Of a stretch of DNA of 64,000 nt, positions 55,587-64,000 are shown one piece after another. Location of the stretch: IMG/VR virus record IMGVR_UViG_3300022602_000039, positions 32,001-96,000 of that record. One strand, 5' to 3'. The translations under genes and the position numbers were made by a program. Under the pieces are notes generated by a model that had not been told where the DNA came from, searched no databases, and saw only the letters and a list, made by a program, of their open reading frames with translations. This DNA is from a virus. How positions within the stretch are numbered: position 1 is the stretch's first letter; every line of letters starts with the position of its first letter.

Positions 55587-57170
55587 ATGGCTATTACAGT
55601 AACAACAGATACTATTGTTAAGCTAATTGTTCGTAGTGGAACAAATAGTGATCGTATAGGTATTATTTTATCACAAGGTGAGCTCGGCTATGCCACTGAT
55701 ACCAAAAGATTATTTGCAGGTGATGGATTAACAGCTGGTGGTAACCCGGCTGGTGTTTACAATTATGGTATTGTACCAGGTAATACACTTAATAATTATC
55801 TACCACCACAAACCCAGGTTGGTGATATAATTTCAGACGGTACAACAATTTATACATACACAAGTGCAAGTGGATGGACAGCTGCATCATTTAATCCTAG
55901 TACACAATTTGATAATCAAACAATTGTTTTCTTAAACAATAAATGGCAGTTAAATTCATCGTTTCTTTCTGGTGGTTCGGCGTATGTAAGCGCCATATCT
56001 GCAGTACAAGCTTGTAGTGGTGCATGGGGGTATTCGAGCTTACTTTGTCAACCAACAAATACAGTATTAGGTAATACAACTAATACATGCGCTTACGCAC
56101 AGAATATAACAGTAAGTCCTGGTCAATTTGTTGGTAATTCAAATAGTACACTTGGTGCTATTAATATCTGTGGTTGTGGTGGTCTACAGACAAATGGTGC
56201 TCTCGCAAATACTTTCTATATAGATGGTTCACCGCTACAGAATCAATTAACTAATCTCACTACAACTGTAGCAACAGCTACAGGGGATATTGCCGATATT
56301 GGTACACAGTTCTATGCTGATACAAGTTTTGTGTATTCAATAAATACATATTACGGTACAACAGGTATTACTAATTTATGGCAAAACATATTTGCCGATC
56401 AAAGCTGCAGACCTTTACGACTTGCAGTAAAGACAGGCTCGAGAAGCCGTATTGTAAAAGTAGAAGCACGTGTAAATTATCATAGTTACGCACATTACGC
56501 ACAAATCTACACACGCCTTGGTATCTTCCCTACATTAGTCCCAACATATCAGGATATGACTACATGGAGAGGTGTTAATGGCACATTCCCAAATCTTGCA
56601 ACACCATTTACAGCATATACTCCTAGTACTGTTCCATCCGATGTATTAGATGTGGTCGCTGTCGGTGGGCCATATGCTGAATGGCATTCAATTCCAGCGC
56701 ATCTTAGTACATACTATACTATTCCTGCTAATACCACAGTAATTTTTGGTGTGCAGTCTTTCATTCAAGATGCAGCTTTTGAAGCCAGTGGTTATAGCTT
56801 TGTAGAAATAAACGGATGGGGTGCTGGTAATTATAATGATGGTTATAACCCTGGTGGTGGATATACAAGAAATCAAGTAGGCTTTACAAGCAACCTCGGT
56901 GCTGGTGCAAACCCGACAAATCTACCTGCATACGCTGGTTGGTATGCCTGGGGTCAACCGCCAACCGTCATTAATGGTGTACCTGTATATAATGGTGCTC
57001 CTGGATCATCACCTGCATATCCACAAACACAGCAAGGTATTAGCAATACAACTGCTAATAATCCTTTCTTAGATACTACCGGTATAAGTCCTACAAATGG
57101 TAGTTTGTTCCCATCAAATCAATGGGGTGTTAAAAATACATCTTATATAAGAGCTGTTTTTATTAACTAA
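55587..57170 (+). CDS. tail fibre / receptor-binding protein with Mtd_N-like domain
   Basis: VRSGT...LSQGELGYATDTKRLFAGDG.T.GG. Confidence 0.75.
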   Translation: MAITVTTDTIVKLIVRSGTNSDRIGIILSQGELGYATDTKRLFAGDGLTAGGNPAGVYNYGIVPGNTLNNYLPPQTQVGDIISDGTTIYTYTSASGWTAASFNPSTQFDNQTIVFLNNKWQLNSSFLSGGSAYVSAISAVQACSGAWGYSSLLCQPTNTVLGNTTNTCAYAQNITVSPGQFVGNSNSTLGAINICGCGGLQTNGALANTFYIDGSPLQNQLTNLTTTVATATGDIADIGTQFYADTSFVYSINTYYGTTGITNLWQNIFADQSCRPLRLAVKTGSRSRIVKVEARVNYHSYAHYAQIYTRLGIFPTLVPTYQDMTTWRGVNGTFPNLATPFTAYTPSTVPSDVLDVVAVGGPYAEWHSIPAHLSTYYTIPANTTVIFGVQSFIQDAAFEASGYSFVEINGWGAGNYNDGYNPGGGYTRNQVGFTSNLGAGANPTNLPAYAGWYAWGQPPTVINGVPVYNGAPGSSPAYPQTQQGISNTTANNPFLDTTGISPTNGSLFPSNQWGVKNTSYIRAVFIN

Positions 57171-57454
57171 TGTTTGATAAAGTTTTATTTTTTCTTTGTA
57201 TAAGTTTAGGTTTGTCGTATATGTGGAGCTTTTCCACAATATTCGCACCGGTTCGTAAATTTGTATCTACTATCCCCTACATACATGTACCCTTACTGTG
57301 TCCTGAATGCAGTTCATTTTGGTTTGGTCTCTTTTCTTCTTTTTTATACAACCCGGTAGCATTGTGCATAAACATTGGGATTATTTCAAATATACTGTGT
57401 GGAGTTATAACGTATTTTTTTGCTTCAGTTTTATATAAAAAGCTGTTTTTGTAA
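57170..57454 (+). CDS. DUF1360-like membrane protein
   Basis: IFAPVR...LLCPECSSFW motif, hydrophobic. Confidence 0.65.
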   Translation: MFDKVLFFLCISLGLSYMWSFSTIFAPVRKFVSTIPYIHVPLLCPECSSFWFGLFSSFLYNPVALCINIGIISNILCGVITYFFASVLYKKLFL

Positions 57455-57467
57455 TAAATATTAGTAT

Positions 57468-57914
57468 ATGCCATCACCTGAATATCAAGACAACCCAACA
57501 GTTGCTTACAATTTTGAACAATTAGAGAGCGGTAAGTTTATTACACTTTTTGGTGATAGTCGTTTCCCACCTGTATCAGTTATAAATTTGGTTGATTACG
57601 TTGATACAACTCAAGCATTTCCAAATAATTCCATAACAAATGCAACTACAGCGGTTACAATCTATCCAAAGGCTGCTGTATTAACGTACAGTGTCAATCA
57701 AGGTGATTCCTCAGGTCTTGGTATCCCACAGTATGATTATGTGCAGTTTACACTCGGCTCTGGTACCATCCTATCTGGTTCACCTATTAATACACAGTAT
57801 TACGTTAATGGTCCAACAGGTACAATGATTGCTGCTGTTTCCACGGGTTATACAAGTTTAGGTTCTGTATCATCAATATGGAAGTACTTCCAGCTTTCAG
57901 CTTATAGCTATTAA
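57468..57914 (+). CDS. putative virion protein
   Basis: ATAAATA upstream; PQYDYV motif. Confidence 0.6.
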   Translation: MPSPEYQDNPTVAYNFEQLESGKFITLFGDSRFPPVSVINLVDYVDTTQAFPNNSITNATTAVTIYPKAAVLTYSVNQGDSSGLGIPQYDYVQFTLGSGTILSGSPINTQYYVNGPTGTMIAAVSTGYTSLGSVSSIWKYFQLSAYSY

Positions 57915-58124
57915 TTATGGCAAATACTAAAGAGACGGTTACCCACGGTGGTGCTGCAGATACAGAGACGGTTACACAAAAAGCACAAGCACATCAAACA
58001 TCGACCGTAAGAAAAGCAGTTACTCAAACACGCCCTGCTGTTAATCAAGCAGAAACTCTTGTACGAACACTCTTCCCTAAGCAATAAGAGTTGATTTTTA
58101 AAACTGCGCTATGTAATTATATAC

Positions 58125-58712
58125 ATGAAGCGCATTCTCATACTCGCAGGAGTCGTGGCTCTATTAGCCTCCTGCACATATTATACTGAAAAGCAATCTG
58201 AAGCTCTCAGTCAGAACGTATATGCAACATCTGATTCCCTAATTAAGAAGCGTGTTGATCTTGCTTATTATTATTCAAACGAAACAACAAAGCTTGTAAA
58301 GCTACCAAAGCATAGAATACCTATTCAATCAGTATTTGAAGCTGATAAGGTTGTAAAAAATTCACCAAACAAAGGTAAAACAGCTGTTGTACTTGTACCG
58401 GATCAATATAAAGATGAAAAGGTAGTAGTGGTCGGTTCTGCTGATTACCAAGAATTGCTTAAGAATCGCGCAATCAATGCCCAGCTTAAGAAGGATAATG
58501 AGAATTTATTAAAAGACAATAAGAATACGGTAGATGAGCTTAATCATCAAAAGCAAATGAAAGATACAATTATTAAGAACGCTGAAACCCTACAATTGCG
58601 TGTTTATAAGTTGGAAGCATCTAATCTACGTAAAAGTATTGCTATCATAGCGTTAGTTGGTCTCATTTTGGGCTATATCTGGTTGAGAGCCAGTAGGTTC
58701 CTCTTATTTTAA
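58125..58712 (+). CDS. lipoprotein with C-terminal TM (unimolecular spanin-like)
   Basis: Lipobox LLASC, coiled coil, C-terminal TM IAIIALVGLILGYIW. Confidence 0.6.
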   Translation: MKRILILAGVVALLASCTYYTEKQSEALSQNVYATSDSLIKKRVDLAYYYSNETTKLVKLPKHRIPIQSVFEADKVVKNSPNKGKTAVVLVPDQYKDEKVVVVGSADYQELLKNRAINAQLKKDNENLLKDNKNTVDELNHQKQMKDTIIKNAETLQLRVYKLEASNLRKSIAIIALVGLILGYIWLRASRFLLF

Positions 58713-58744
58713 AGTAAAAATAACATTGTACCATAAATATTATT

Positions 58745-58972
58745 ATGGACAATCTTATACAAAATATTGAATCCACATTAAGTAATACAGTTTCAGCTAT
58801 TGAGCCTAAGGTTCAAAAAGCAGTGACTGTTGTTACACCTAAATTAAATACAGCTGCCTCTATTGTCTCCAATATTGTTGGGGTATTCTTTGATTGGGTT
58901 GCAACTCATCCAAAGACATCCTTGGTTATTGCCATCTTTATCATGGGATTCCTTTGCGGAATTCTTTTTTAA
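58745..58972 (+). CDS. small tail-anchored membrane protein
   Basis: WV..HP.TSLVIAIFIMGFLCGILF end. Confidence 0.55.
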   Translation: MDNLIQNIESTLSNTVSAIEPKVQKAVTVVTPKLNTAASIVSNIVGVFFDWVATHPKTSLVIAIFIMGFLCGILF

Positions 58973-59100
58973 GCGATGCATTACGAATATCGTCCACACT
59001 CAAACTATCCCTTCTACGCTATCTGTTTATATAGCTTACTCTTAGGTATATTAATAGGTCACTGTGTACTTTTCTATATACACGGATAAGTATTTGTATA

Positions 59101-59484
59101 ATGTCACAGGAAAGAAAACTATTTACAAAAGAAAAATTTTGTGAAGGTAATCGTCAAAAATGGTTGATTGTCTTTCTTGTGTATTTGTCCTTGTTAATGG
59201 GGTTAGATGCCTTTCATCTCTTAAAAGATGTAACTCCATATCTTACTTTCTTAACGTTTTTGGCTGGAGCATTTATACTTGGATATTCAGGCACAGAAAC
59301 TATGAAGTTGTTTAGAGCAAACTCAACTACAGATAATCAAAATATAACTCAAGACGTAAATCAGAATCTAAATCAAAATACCACTAAAGAGATTAAAGAA
59401 ACAAAAGATATTAATATTAATGAACAAACTTTAACAAATAACGCTAAAGAAGGCGACTACAATATACAGGAGGTAAGTATATGA
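59101..59484 (+). CDS. putative holin / two-TM membrane protein
   Basis: Two TMs; overlaps the endolysin start (ATGA). Confidence 0.55.
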   Translation: MSQERKLFTKEKFCEGNRQKWLIVFLVYLSLLMGLDAFHLLKDVTPYLTFLTFLAGAFILGYSGTETMKLFRANSTTDNQNITQDVNQNLNQNTTKEIKETKDININEQTLTNNAKEGDYNIQEVSI

Positions 59485-60092
59485 AACAACCATCTTCAAG
59501 CGCATTAAATTTAATTCTTGAATATGAAGTCGGTGGTGGTCGTTCGTATTATGACAAGTATCTCAGTCATCCAACTTGGCCTGGTGGTGCTTCTGGTACA
59601 ACTTTAGGTATTGGTGTAGATTGCGGTTATTATACGCCAGATGAACTCGCTAAGATATTTCATTTCTTATCTTCAGTTCAACTTGAAGTTATAAAGGGTG
59701 CTTCTGGTAAAACTGGTCAGGCAGGTAAAGCGTATGTAAAGGAAATACAGCCGCTCAACATTACAGTTACCTGGGATCAGGCATTGAGTATATTTGATAG
59801 TTTAACATGGCCTAAATTTGCAAAACTCGCTGAACATGCATTCCCTGGACTCGATCAGCTATGTGATAATGCCTACGGAGCCCTTGTTTCTCTTGTGTTT
59901 AACCGTGGTACTAGTATGAATGGTGATAGTCGACTTGAAATGAGGAATATTAGGGATCTCGTACCTAAGAAGGATTATAAAGGTATTGCTGAACAACTCA
60001 GAAGTATGAAGAGAATTTGGGCTGGTAAGGGTCTCGATGGTTTAATGACAAGACGTGAAGCTGAGGCTAAACTAGTTGAAAGCTGTATATGA
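59481..60092 (+). CDS. endolysin, lysozyme-fold (pesticin C-terminal-like)
   Basis: LILEYEVGG...WPGGASGTTLGIGVD.G...ALVSLVFNRG...GL.TRREAEA. Confidence 0.85.
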   Translation: MKQPSSSALNLILEYEVGGGRSYYDKYLSHPTWPGGASGTTLGIGVDCGYYTPDELAKIFHFLSSVQLEVIKGASGKTGQAGKAYVKEIQPLNITVTWDQALSIFDSLTWPKFAKLAEHAFPGLDQLCDNAYGALVSLVFNRGTSMNGDSRLEMRNIRDLVPKKDYKGIAEQLRSMKRIWAGKGLDGLMTRREAEAKLVESCI

Positions 60093-60298
60093 GCATATAC
60101 GATGAATTCTTCAATTTAGAGGGTCCGTGTCCCGAGTCAATTGAAAATTGCATGGAACTACGCGCTCAATATCAGATAGAAGTCAATAAACTAACGGCTG
60201 ATAATAACTGTAATGGTTGTCAGGCAATGAATCTTAAAGCAGAGTATCAAGGTAAAGTATGGAAGGCGTATATGAACTCTTTAATCATACGTGCTTAA
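60089..60298 (+). CDS. small Cys-containing protein
   Basis: Overlaps the endolysin stop; CP...C...CNGC. Confidence 0.55.
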   Translation: MSIYDEFFNLEGPCPESIENCMELRAQYQIEVNKLTADNNCNGCQAMNLKAEYQGKVWKAYMNSLIIRA

Positions 60299-60755
60299 AG
60301 GCCTTGTAATATTTACAAAATTTAGATAGGTGTAATTTTGAAAAACGTCTAGCATCTACTTCATGTTCGTTTCTAAAGTACGCATGTCTGTTTAAATCTA
60401 CGTCCTCTTGATTATATGATAATTCAGTATGACTTACTTTGTAGATTCTACTTTGCATCCAATGTCTAAACTCGTGAAGATAGTGTTCAAATAATGCACG
60501 TTCCTTCTTTTTATATGATTTAGCTTTTCCATCGGGTTCATCACATAGATAAATCTTGTTTGAGTAAAACATATAACCACTCTCCTCAGAACCAAAGTCA
60601 ATCTGTACGGTTAAGGTAATATTCCTTGTAATAGCACCAGGTTCTACTTCGGCAAATAACATCGAAGTAGCGGCTCCTAGGGCTTTCATATCGTAATTAT
60701 GTTCTCTAAACCATATTTCAGATTTTGGAGTAGGTTTTAGAGTAAAGATATACAT
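60285..60755 (-). CDS. HEXXH zincin-like protein
   Basis: LHEFRHWMQ...Y..NEHEVDAR. Confidence 0.7.
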   Translation of the reverse strand: MYIFTLKPTPKSEIWFREHNYDMKALGAATSMLFAEVEPGAITRNITLTVQIDFGSEESGYMFYSNKIYLCDEPDGKAKSYKKKERALFEHYLHEFRHWMQSRIYKVSHTELSYNQEDVDLNRHAYFRNEHEVDARRFSKLHLSKFCKYYKAFKHV

Positions 60756-60761
60756 AAGAAG

Positions 60762-60992
60762 TTGAATTTAGTGTATCTAGATCATAATATAATAATACAT
60801 ATGCAAGAAAACGCAAGTGAAGAATTTGTAACAGAACTTACAATAGGAGATCTTAAGAACATTGTCATTTTAATCAATGCTGTAAAGGATAAAAACCTTG
60901 TAAGTGAGAATGATACCGAAGTTCTTAGTAAAATAAGCGATAAAATTACTGTATTTTTGACGTCTGTTAACGAGTCCCTCCTTATTTCATGA
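60762..60992 (+). CDS. hypothetical protein
   Basis: ORF; the likely start is ATG ~60801. Confidence 0.5.
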   Translation: MNLVYLDHNIIIHMQENASEEFVTELTIGDLKNIVILINAVKDKNLVSENDTEVLSKISDKITVFLTSVNESLLIS

Positions 60993-61042
60993 GGGTTCCC
61001 ACGGGATAATATGTCCATAATATTGAATAAATATTATGGTAC

Positions 61043-61264
61043 ATGTCAGTTTCTAAAATTGTTACTTCTTTATGTGAGGAATTCACAGATACTATTCTTG
61101 TAGATCATACCAAGAATAGTATCATTATTAATGTCAAAAAACAATGGTTTAAATCATTGAATATGCGTTTAAGATCTTTGAACTTTAAACTTGTACATAA
61201 AACAACCATTAAAACGGGCTATACTTGTACATATGTTTTAGATGATACAGAAGAAAATGATTGA
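61043..61264 (+). CDS. hypothetical protein
   Basis: ORF with ATAAATA upstream. Confidence 0.55.
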   Translation: MSVSKIVTSLCEEFTDTILVDHTKNSIIINVKKQWFKSLNMRLRSLNFKLVHKTTIKTGYTCTYVLDDTEEND

Positions 61265-61294
61265 TTTCTGTATAAAAGCATTTAATATCAGTAA

Positions 61295-62008
61295 ATGCTC
61301 GTATTTGATCCAGTAGCTCACTCTTATAAAAACGAATTTACAGGAGAATTTTATAATTCTGTAACAAGAGTTATTCACAAATACAAGAAACCCTTTGATG
61401 CTGATACTGCAGCTAGTAGAGTTGCTAAGAGAGAAGGTATTACAAAGGAAGAAGTCAAGGAAAGATGGAAGAAAGACAATGATAAGAGCAAGGATTACGG
61501 TACTGAGTTTCATGCTGTTATTGAAAGGTACCTTAAAACTGGTACTTTTGATCCTGAGTATACAATTTTTATTCAAGCCTTCTTGGATCTTGATATAGTT
61601 AGCAAGAAAGATGATCTTCTTGTTGAGCATCAGGTGTATTCACACGAGTTTAAACTTGCTGGTACTTCAGATCTTATTCGTGAAGAGAAAAACGGTGGGT
61701 TTAGTGTATTTGATCTTAAGACAAATAAGAAGTTTAACATGTTTAACCCTTATAACGAGTATCTTTTACATCCTTTGGATCATTTAACAGCTAGTGAGTA
61801 CTCAATTTATAGTCTTCAGCTTTCAACATATGCTTATATGTATCAAAACATTACCGGTAAACGTGTAAACAGTATCGGTGTCTTTTATTATGATAGGAAT
61901 ACTGAAAAATTTTCATATTATCCAATGTCATATAAGAAGTATGATGTTTTAGCAATGCTTAATCACTATAAAAATCATGAACTTCATCGATCAAATCATT
62001 CAGAATAG
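61295..62008 (+). CDS. PD-(D/E)XK exonuclease (RecB/Cas4-like)
   Basis: SVT, GTEFH, E..VYS...AGTSDL...DLKTNK, YSLQLSTY. Confidence 0.85.
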   Translation: MLVFDPVAHSYKNEFTGEFYNSVTRVIHKYKKPFDADTAASRVAKREGITKEEVKERWKKDNDKSKDYGTEFHAVIERYLKTGTFDPEYTIFIQAFLDLDIVSKKDDLLVEHQVYSHEFKLAGTSDLIREEKNGGFSVFDLKTNKKFNMFNPYNEYLLHPLDHLTASEYSIYSLQLSTYAYMYQNITGKRVNSIGVFYYDRNTEKFSYYPMSYKKYDVLAMLNHYKNHELHRSNHSE

Positions 62009-62444
62009 TCAGGTTAAAGAAGCTAAGCTTTTTGGTCCGTCAAAAAAGGCTGCCGAACGCCCTGAAACAGGAATTACCATTCAAACTCCTGCAGCTTTTC
62101 ATGTTATTAAGGATTGTGCCACTCTAGCTAACAAGTATTTACCACATTATGTTTTTGGAACATATGCTAACCCATTTGAAGTATTAAAAGGCAAATTTAA
62201 ACGTGAAGATATTCAAGAATTTGTAACAGCTGCTATGGCTGATATTGTACTCAATCAATTAATGATTTTAATCCTTGAGAAAATTCGTAAGTCACCCTAT
62301 ATGCCTGAAGTTTCAACTACTGTGTCGGTAGAAGCTAATAATTCAGCTGATCCTTATGGTGATTATGAATCTGCTAGTACTACAGTACAGACAAATAAGC
62401 AGCTTGATCCAGTTTCTTTGCTTTGTATTGCTTTTGGAGTATAA
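61977..62444 (+). CDS. hypothetical protein
   Basis: ORF. Confidence 0.6.
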   Translation: MNFIDQIIQNSQVKEAKLFGPSKKAAERPETGITIQTPAAFHVIKDCATLANKYLPHYVFGTYANPFEVLKGKFKREDIQEFVTAAMADIVLNQLMILILEKIRKSPYMPEVSTTVSVEANNSADPYGDYESASTTVQTNKQLDPVSLLCIAFGV

Positions 62445-62459
62445 ATATCTTTAATATTA

Positions 62460-62819
62460 ATGAAATTATTCGGTCCATTTTTAAGCATACAGAATCAGAT
62501 CCGTATATATCACTGGCAGACTGAGAGTTACGCCCAGCACAAGGCTTTTGATAAGACATACAACCAGTTAGGTGATCTTATTGATACATTTGTAGAGATT
62601 TATATGGGTAAATATGGTCGTTCAAAAGCTAAGTTTACTTACAATATTGAATTACAGAATATTGATAACAATTATATGTCCGTAATTGATTCGTATGTAG
62701 ATTTTCTCATTGGACTCAATGAGGAGCTTGATCAGGTTAATGACTCCGATCTTCTTAACGTTAGAGACGAAATGCTTGGTGTCTTTAACCGCTTAAAGTA
62801 TCTTTTAACTTTAAGTTAG
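62460..62819 (+). CDS. ferritin/Dps-like phage protein (DUF5856-like)
   Basis: HWQT.SYAQHKAF...Y..L.DLID.FVE.YMG...LLNVRDEML....LKYLLTL. Confidence 0.8.
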   Translation: MKLFGPFLSIQNQIRIYHWQTESYAQHKAFDKTYNQLGDLIDTFVEIYMGKYGRSKAKFTYNIELQNIDNNYMSVIDSYVDFLIGLNEELDQVNDSDLLNVRDEMLGVFNRLKYLLTLS

Positions 62820-62886
62820 GTTTTTTTAAAAATTGTTTGTACTTTTATACAAAAAAATAATTTTTAAAGACTAATTAATTAGAGGT

Positions 62887-63096
62887 ATGACCCAACTCCT
62901 TCGTGTCTTTAAAAAGTTCACCAATAGAATTTTTGGTGTTAAGGAGTCAGAGCTTTCTTCTGTTATTGAATTAAATTCAATCCCTAGAGAAACTGTGGTT
63001 CTTAAGACACGCACACAATTAATTGCTGAGGGTAAGGGAGCTCATCTCCCTAAGCGTCACCGTCACCCTGCCCCAACTCTTAATAAGCACAATTAA
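62887..63096 (+). CDS. hypothetical protein
   Basis: GAGG SD upstream. Confidence 0.55.
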   Translation: MTQLLRVFKKFTNRIFGVKESELSSVIELNSIPRETVVLKTRTQLIAEGKGAHLPKRHRHPAPTLNKHN

Positions 63097-63099
63097 GCT

Positions 63100-64000
63100 T
63101 TAGAGTGCTTCTAAGAAGTTTATTGCACCGTATAGTGTGGAGTTACTCTGACCTGCATTAAGCAATGTAGCACATAATACAATAGTATCTGGTTTAGTCA
63201 GATCAACGTTTGTACCTAAGTTTAAGAAGTTTAAGGCCTGCTGTACATTGGTAGTTGATGCGCCACCGGCAAAGAATCCACTAAAAAGTGTTATACCACC
63301 GGTTACTTGATTGGCAGTTGTTGAATAAACAATACCTTGTGATGCTTTACCGACATTTGTCACTGCTGTTGTACCGGTTATTATTGGATTAAGTACTAAT
63401 CTGTAATAATACGCAGGTTGATTACCAGCAGTATTGTTTCCAGTCTCCAGTATTTGAATATCCTGAACTTGGAGATCACCTCTATTATAAGGTTCGCCTG
63501 GTCTCAGGCTTACACCAATTAATGGATATTCATTACCCGTTGTTTTTAAGAAAGCCTGACCTGATGCATTATATGCTGTACCAAATCCCGGATTTAAAGA
63601 AACCTCTGCTTCAACGTCAACAGCTTCTGAAGCAAGAGTTAAGAAAGGTAAAGAGGTTTGAGTTTGGGTATTAAAAATTTCATATCTTAACGGTGAACAA
63701 GGTTCACTAACAAATTGAGTACCAAGGGTTCCACCTGTACTATAGGTATGAAGAAGAATGGCACCTTGACTAGGGGAGGCAATAACAAATCGTACCCTAC
63801 TTGTCCTACCACCAATATAGTCCATCCAATACGTCCATTCCATGTTCCAGGGAGTTTGAGAAGTAGTAATAGTTCTACCTACCGGTAGACCACCAGACGG
63901 GTAATATGTATATGTAGCAGTTAAAGCTGTTGGTGAAACACCTGCAAGAAATACTATACCGTTATAATTGGCATCACCACCAATATTTACCTTTGTTCCA
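63100..64000 (-). CDS. virion structural protein, 5' end outside the window
   Basis: Frame continues upstream of 63843; WMDY.GG...VRF...PLRYE resembles 37889-39649. Confidence 0.65.
   Translation of the reverse strand, partial: GTKVNIGGDANYNGIVFLAGVSPTALTATYTYYPSGGLPVGRTITTSQTPWNMEWTYWMDYIGGRTSRVRFVIASPSQGAILLHTYSTGGTLGTQFVSEPCSPLRYEIFNTQTQTSLPFLTLASEAVDVEAEVSLNPGFGTAYNASGQAFLKTTGNEYPLIGVSLRPGEPYNRGDLQVQDIQILETGNNTAGNQPAYYYRLVLNPIITGTTAVTNVGKASQGIVYSTTANQVTGGITLFSGFFAGGASTTNVQQALNFLNLGTNVDLTKPDTIVLCATLLNAGQSNSTLYGAINFLEAL

Noticed and set aside
55151-57170. Diversity-generating retroelement suggested by the Mtd_N-like domains
   Set aside because: No reverse transcriptase and no template/variable repeat pair is visible
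61295-62008. CRISPR-Cas (Cas4-like nuclease)
   Set aside because: No repeat-spacer array or other cas genes; this is a common stand-alone phage exonuclease
1-64000. Stop-codon reassignment
   Set aside because: Long genes are intact in the standard code, TAA/TAG/TGA all end genes, and no suppressor tRNA was found

Overview
AT-rich window from a large, probably lytic, T4-like/jumbo tailed-phage genome read in the standard code. ClpC and bS21 look Verrucomicrobia/PVC-like, which is an inference about the host. Contents: (i) a dispersed minus-strand set of about 20 tRNA genes plus tmRNA, several of them structurally odd (D-armless Arg-UCU, long-V-arm Ile-UAU and CAU tRNAs, Ser-ACU, Leu-UAA with a group I intron, 3'-truncated Asp); (ii) at least eight free-standing endonuclease genes, four forming a Zn-finger + PD-(D/E)XK family that runs antisense into tRNA 3' ends, three of which are flanked by T-loop-to-3'-end remnants of displaced tRNA alleles; (iii) a ~600-nt cluster of unidentified structured RNAs with its own promoter, boxA-like element and terminator; (iv) host-takeover and metabolic genes (clpC, DksA/TraR-like, rpsU, Hc1-like, MoaD/ThiS ubiquitin-like, Hsp20, nrdAB, dCMP deaminase, nucleotidase, HiPIP-like, RadA-like, GT9 + sulfotransferase); (v) a late tail/fibre module and a lysis cassette. 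A few junctions (about 10103, 20735, 29160) may be local deletions or misassemblies. All calls were made by eye; no database searches were run.
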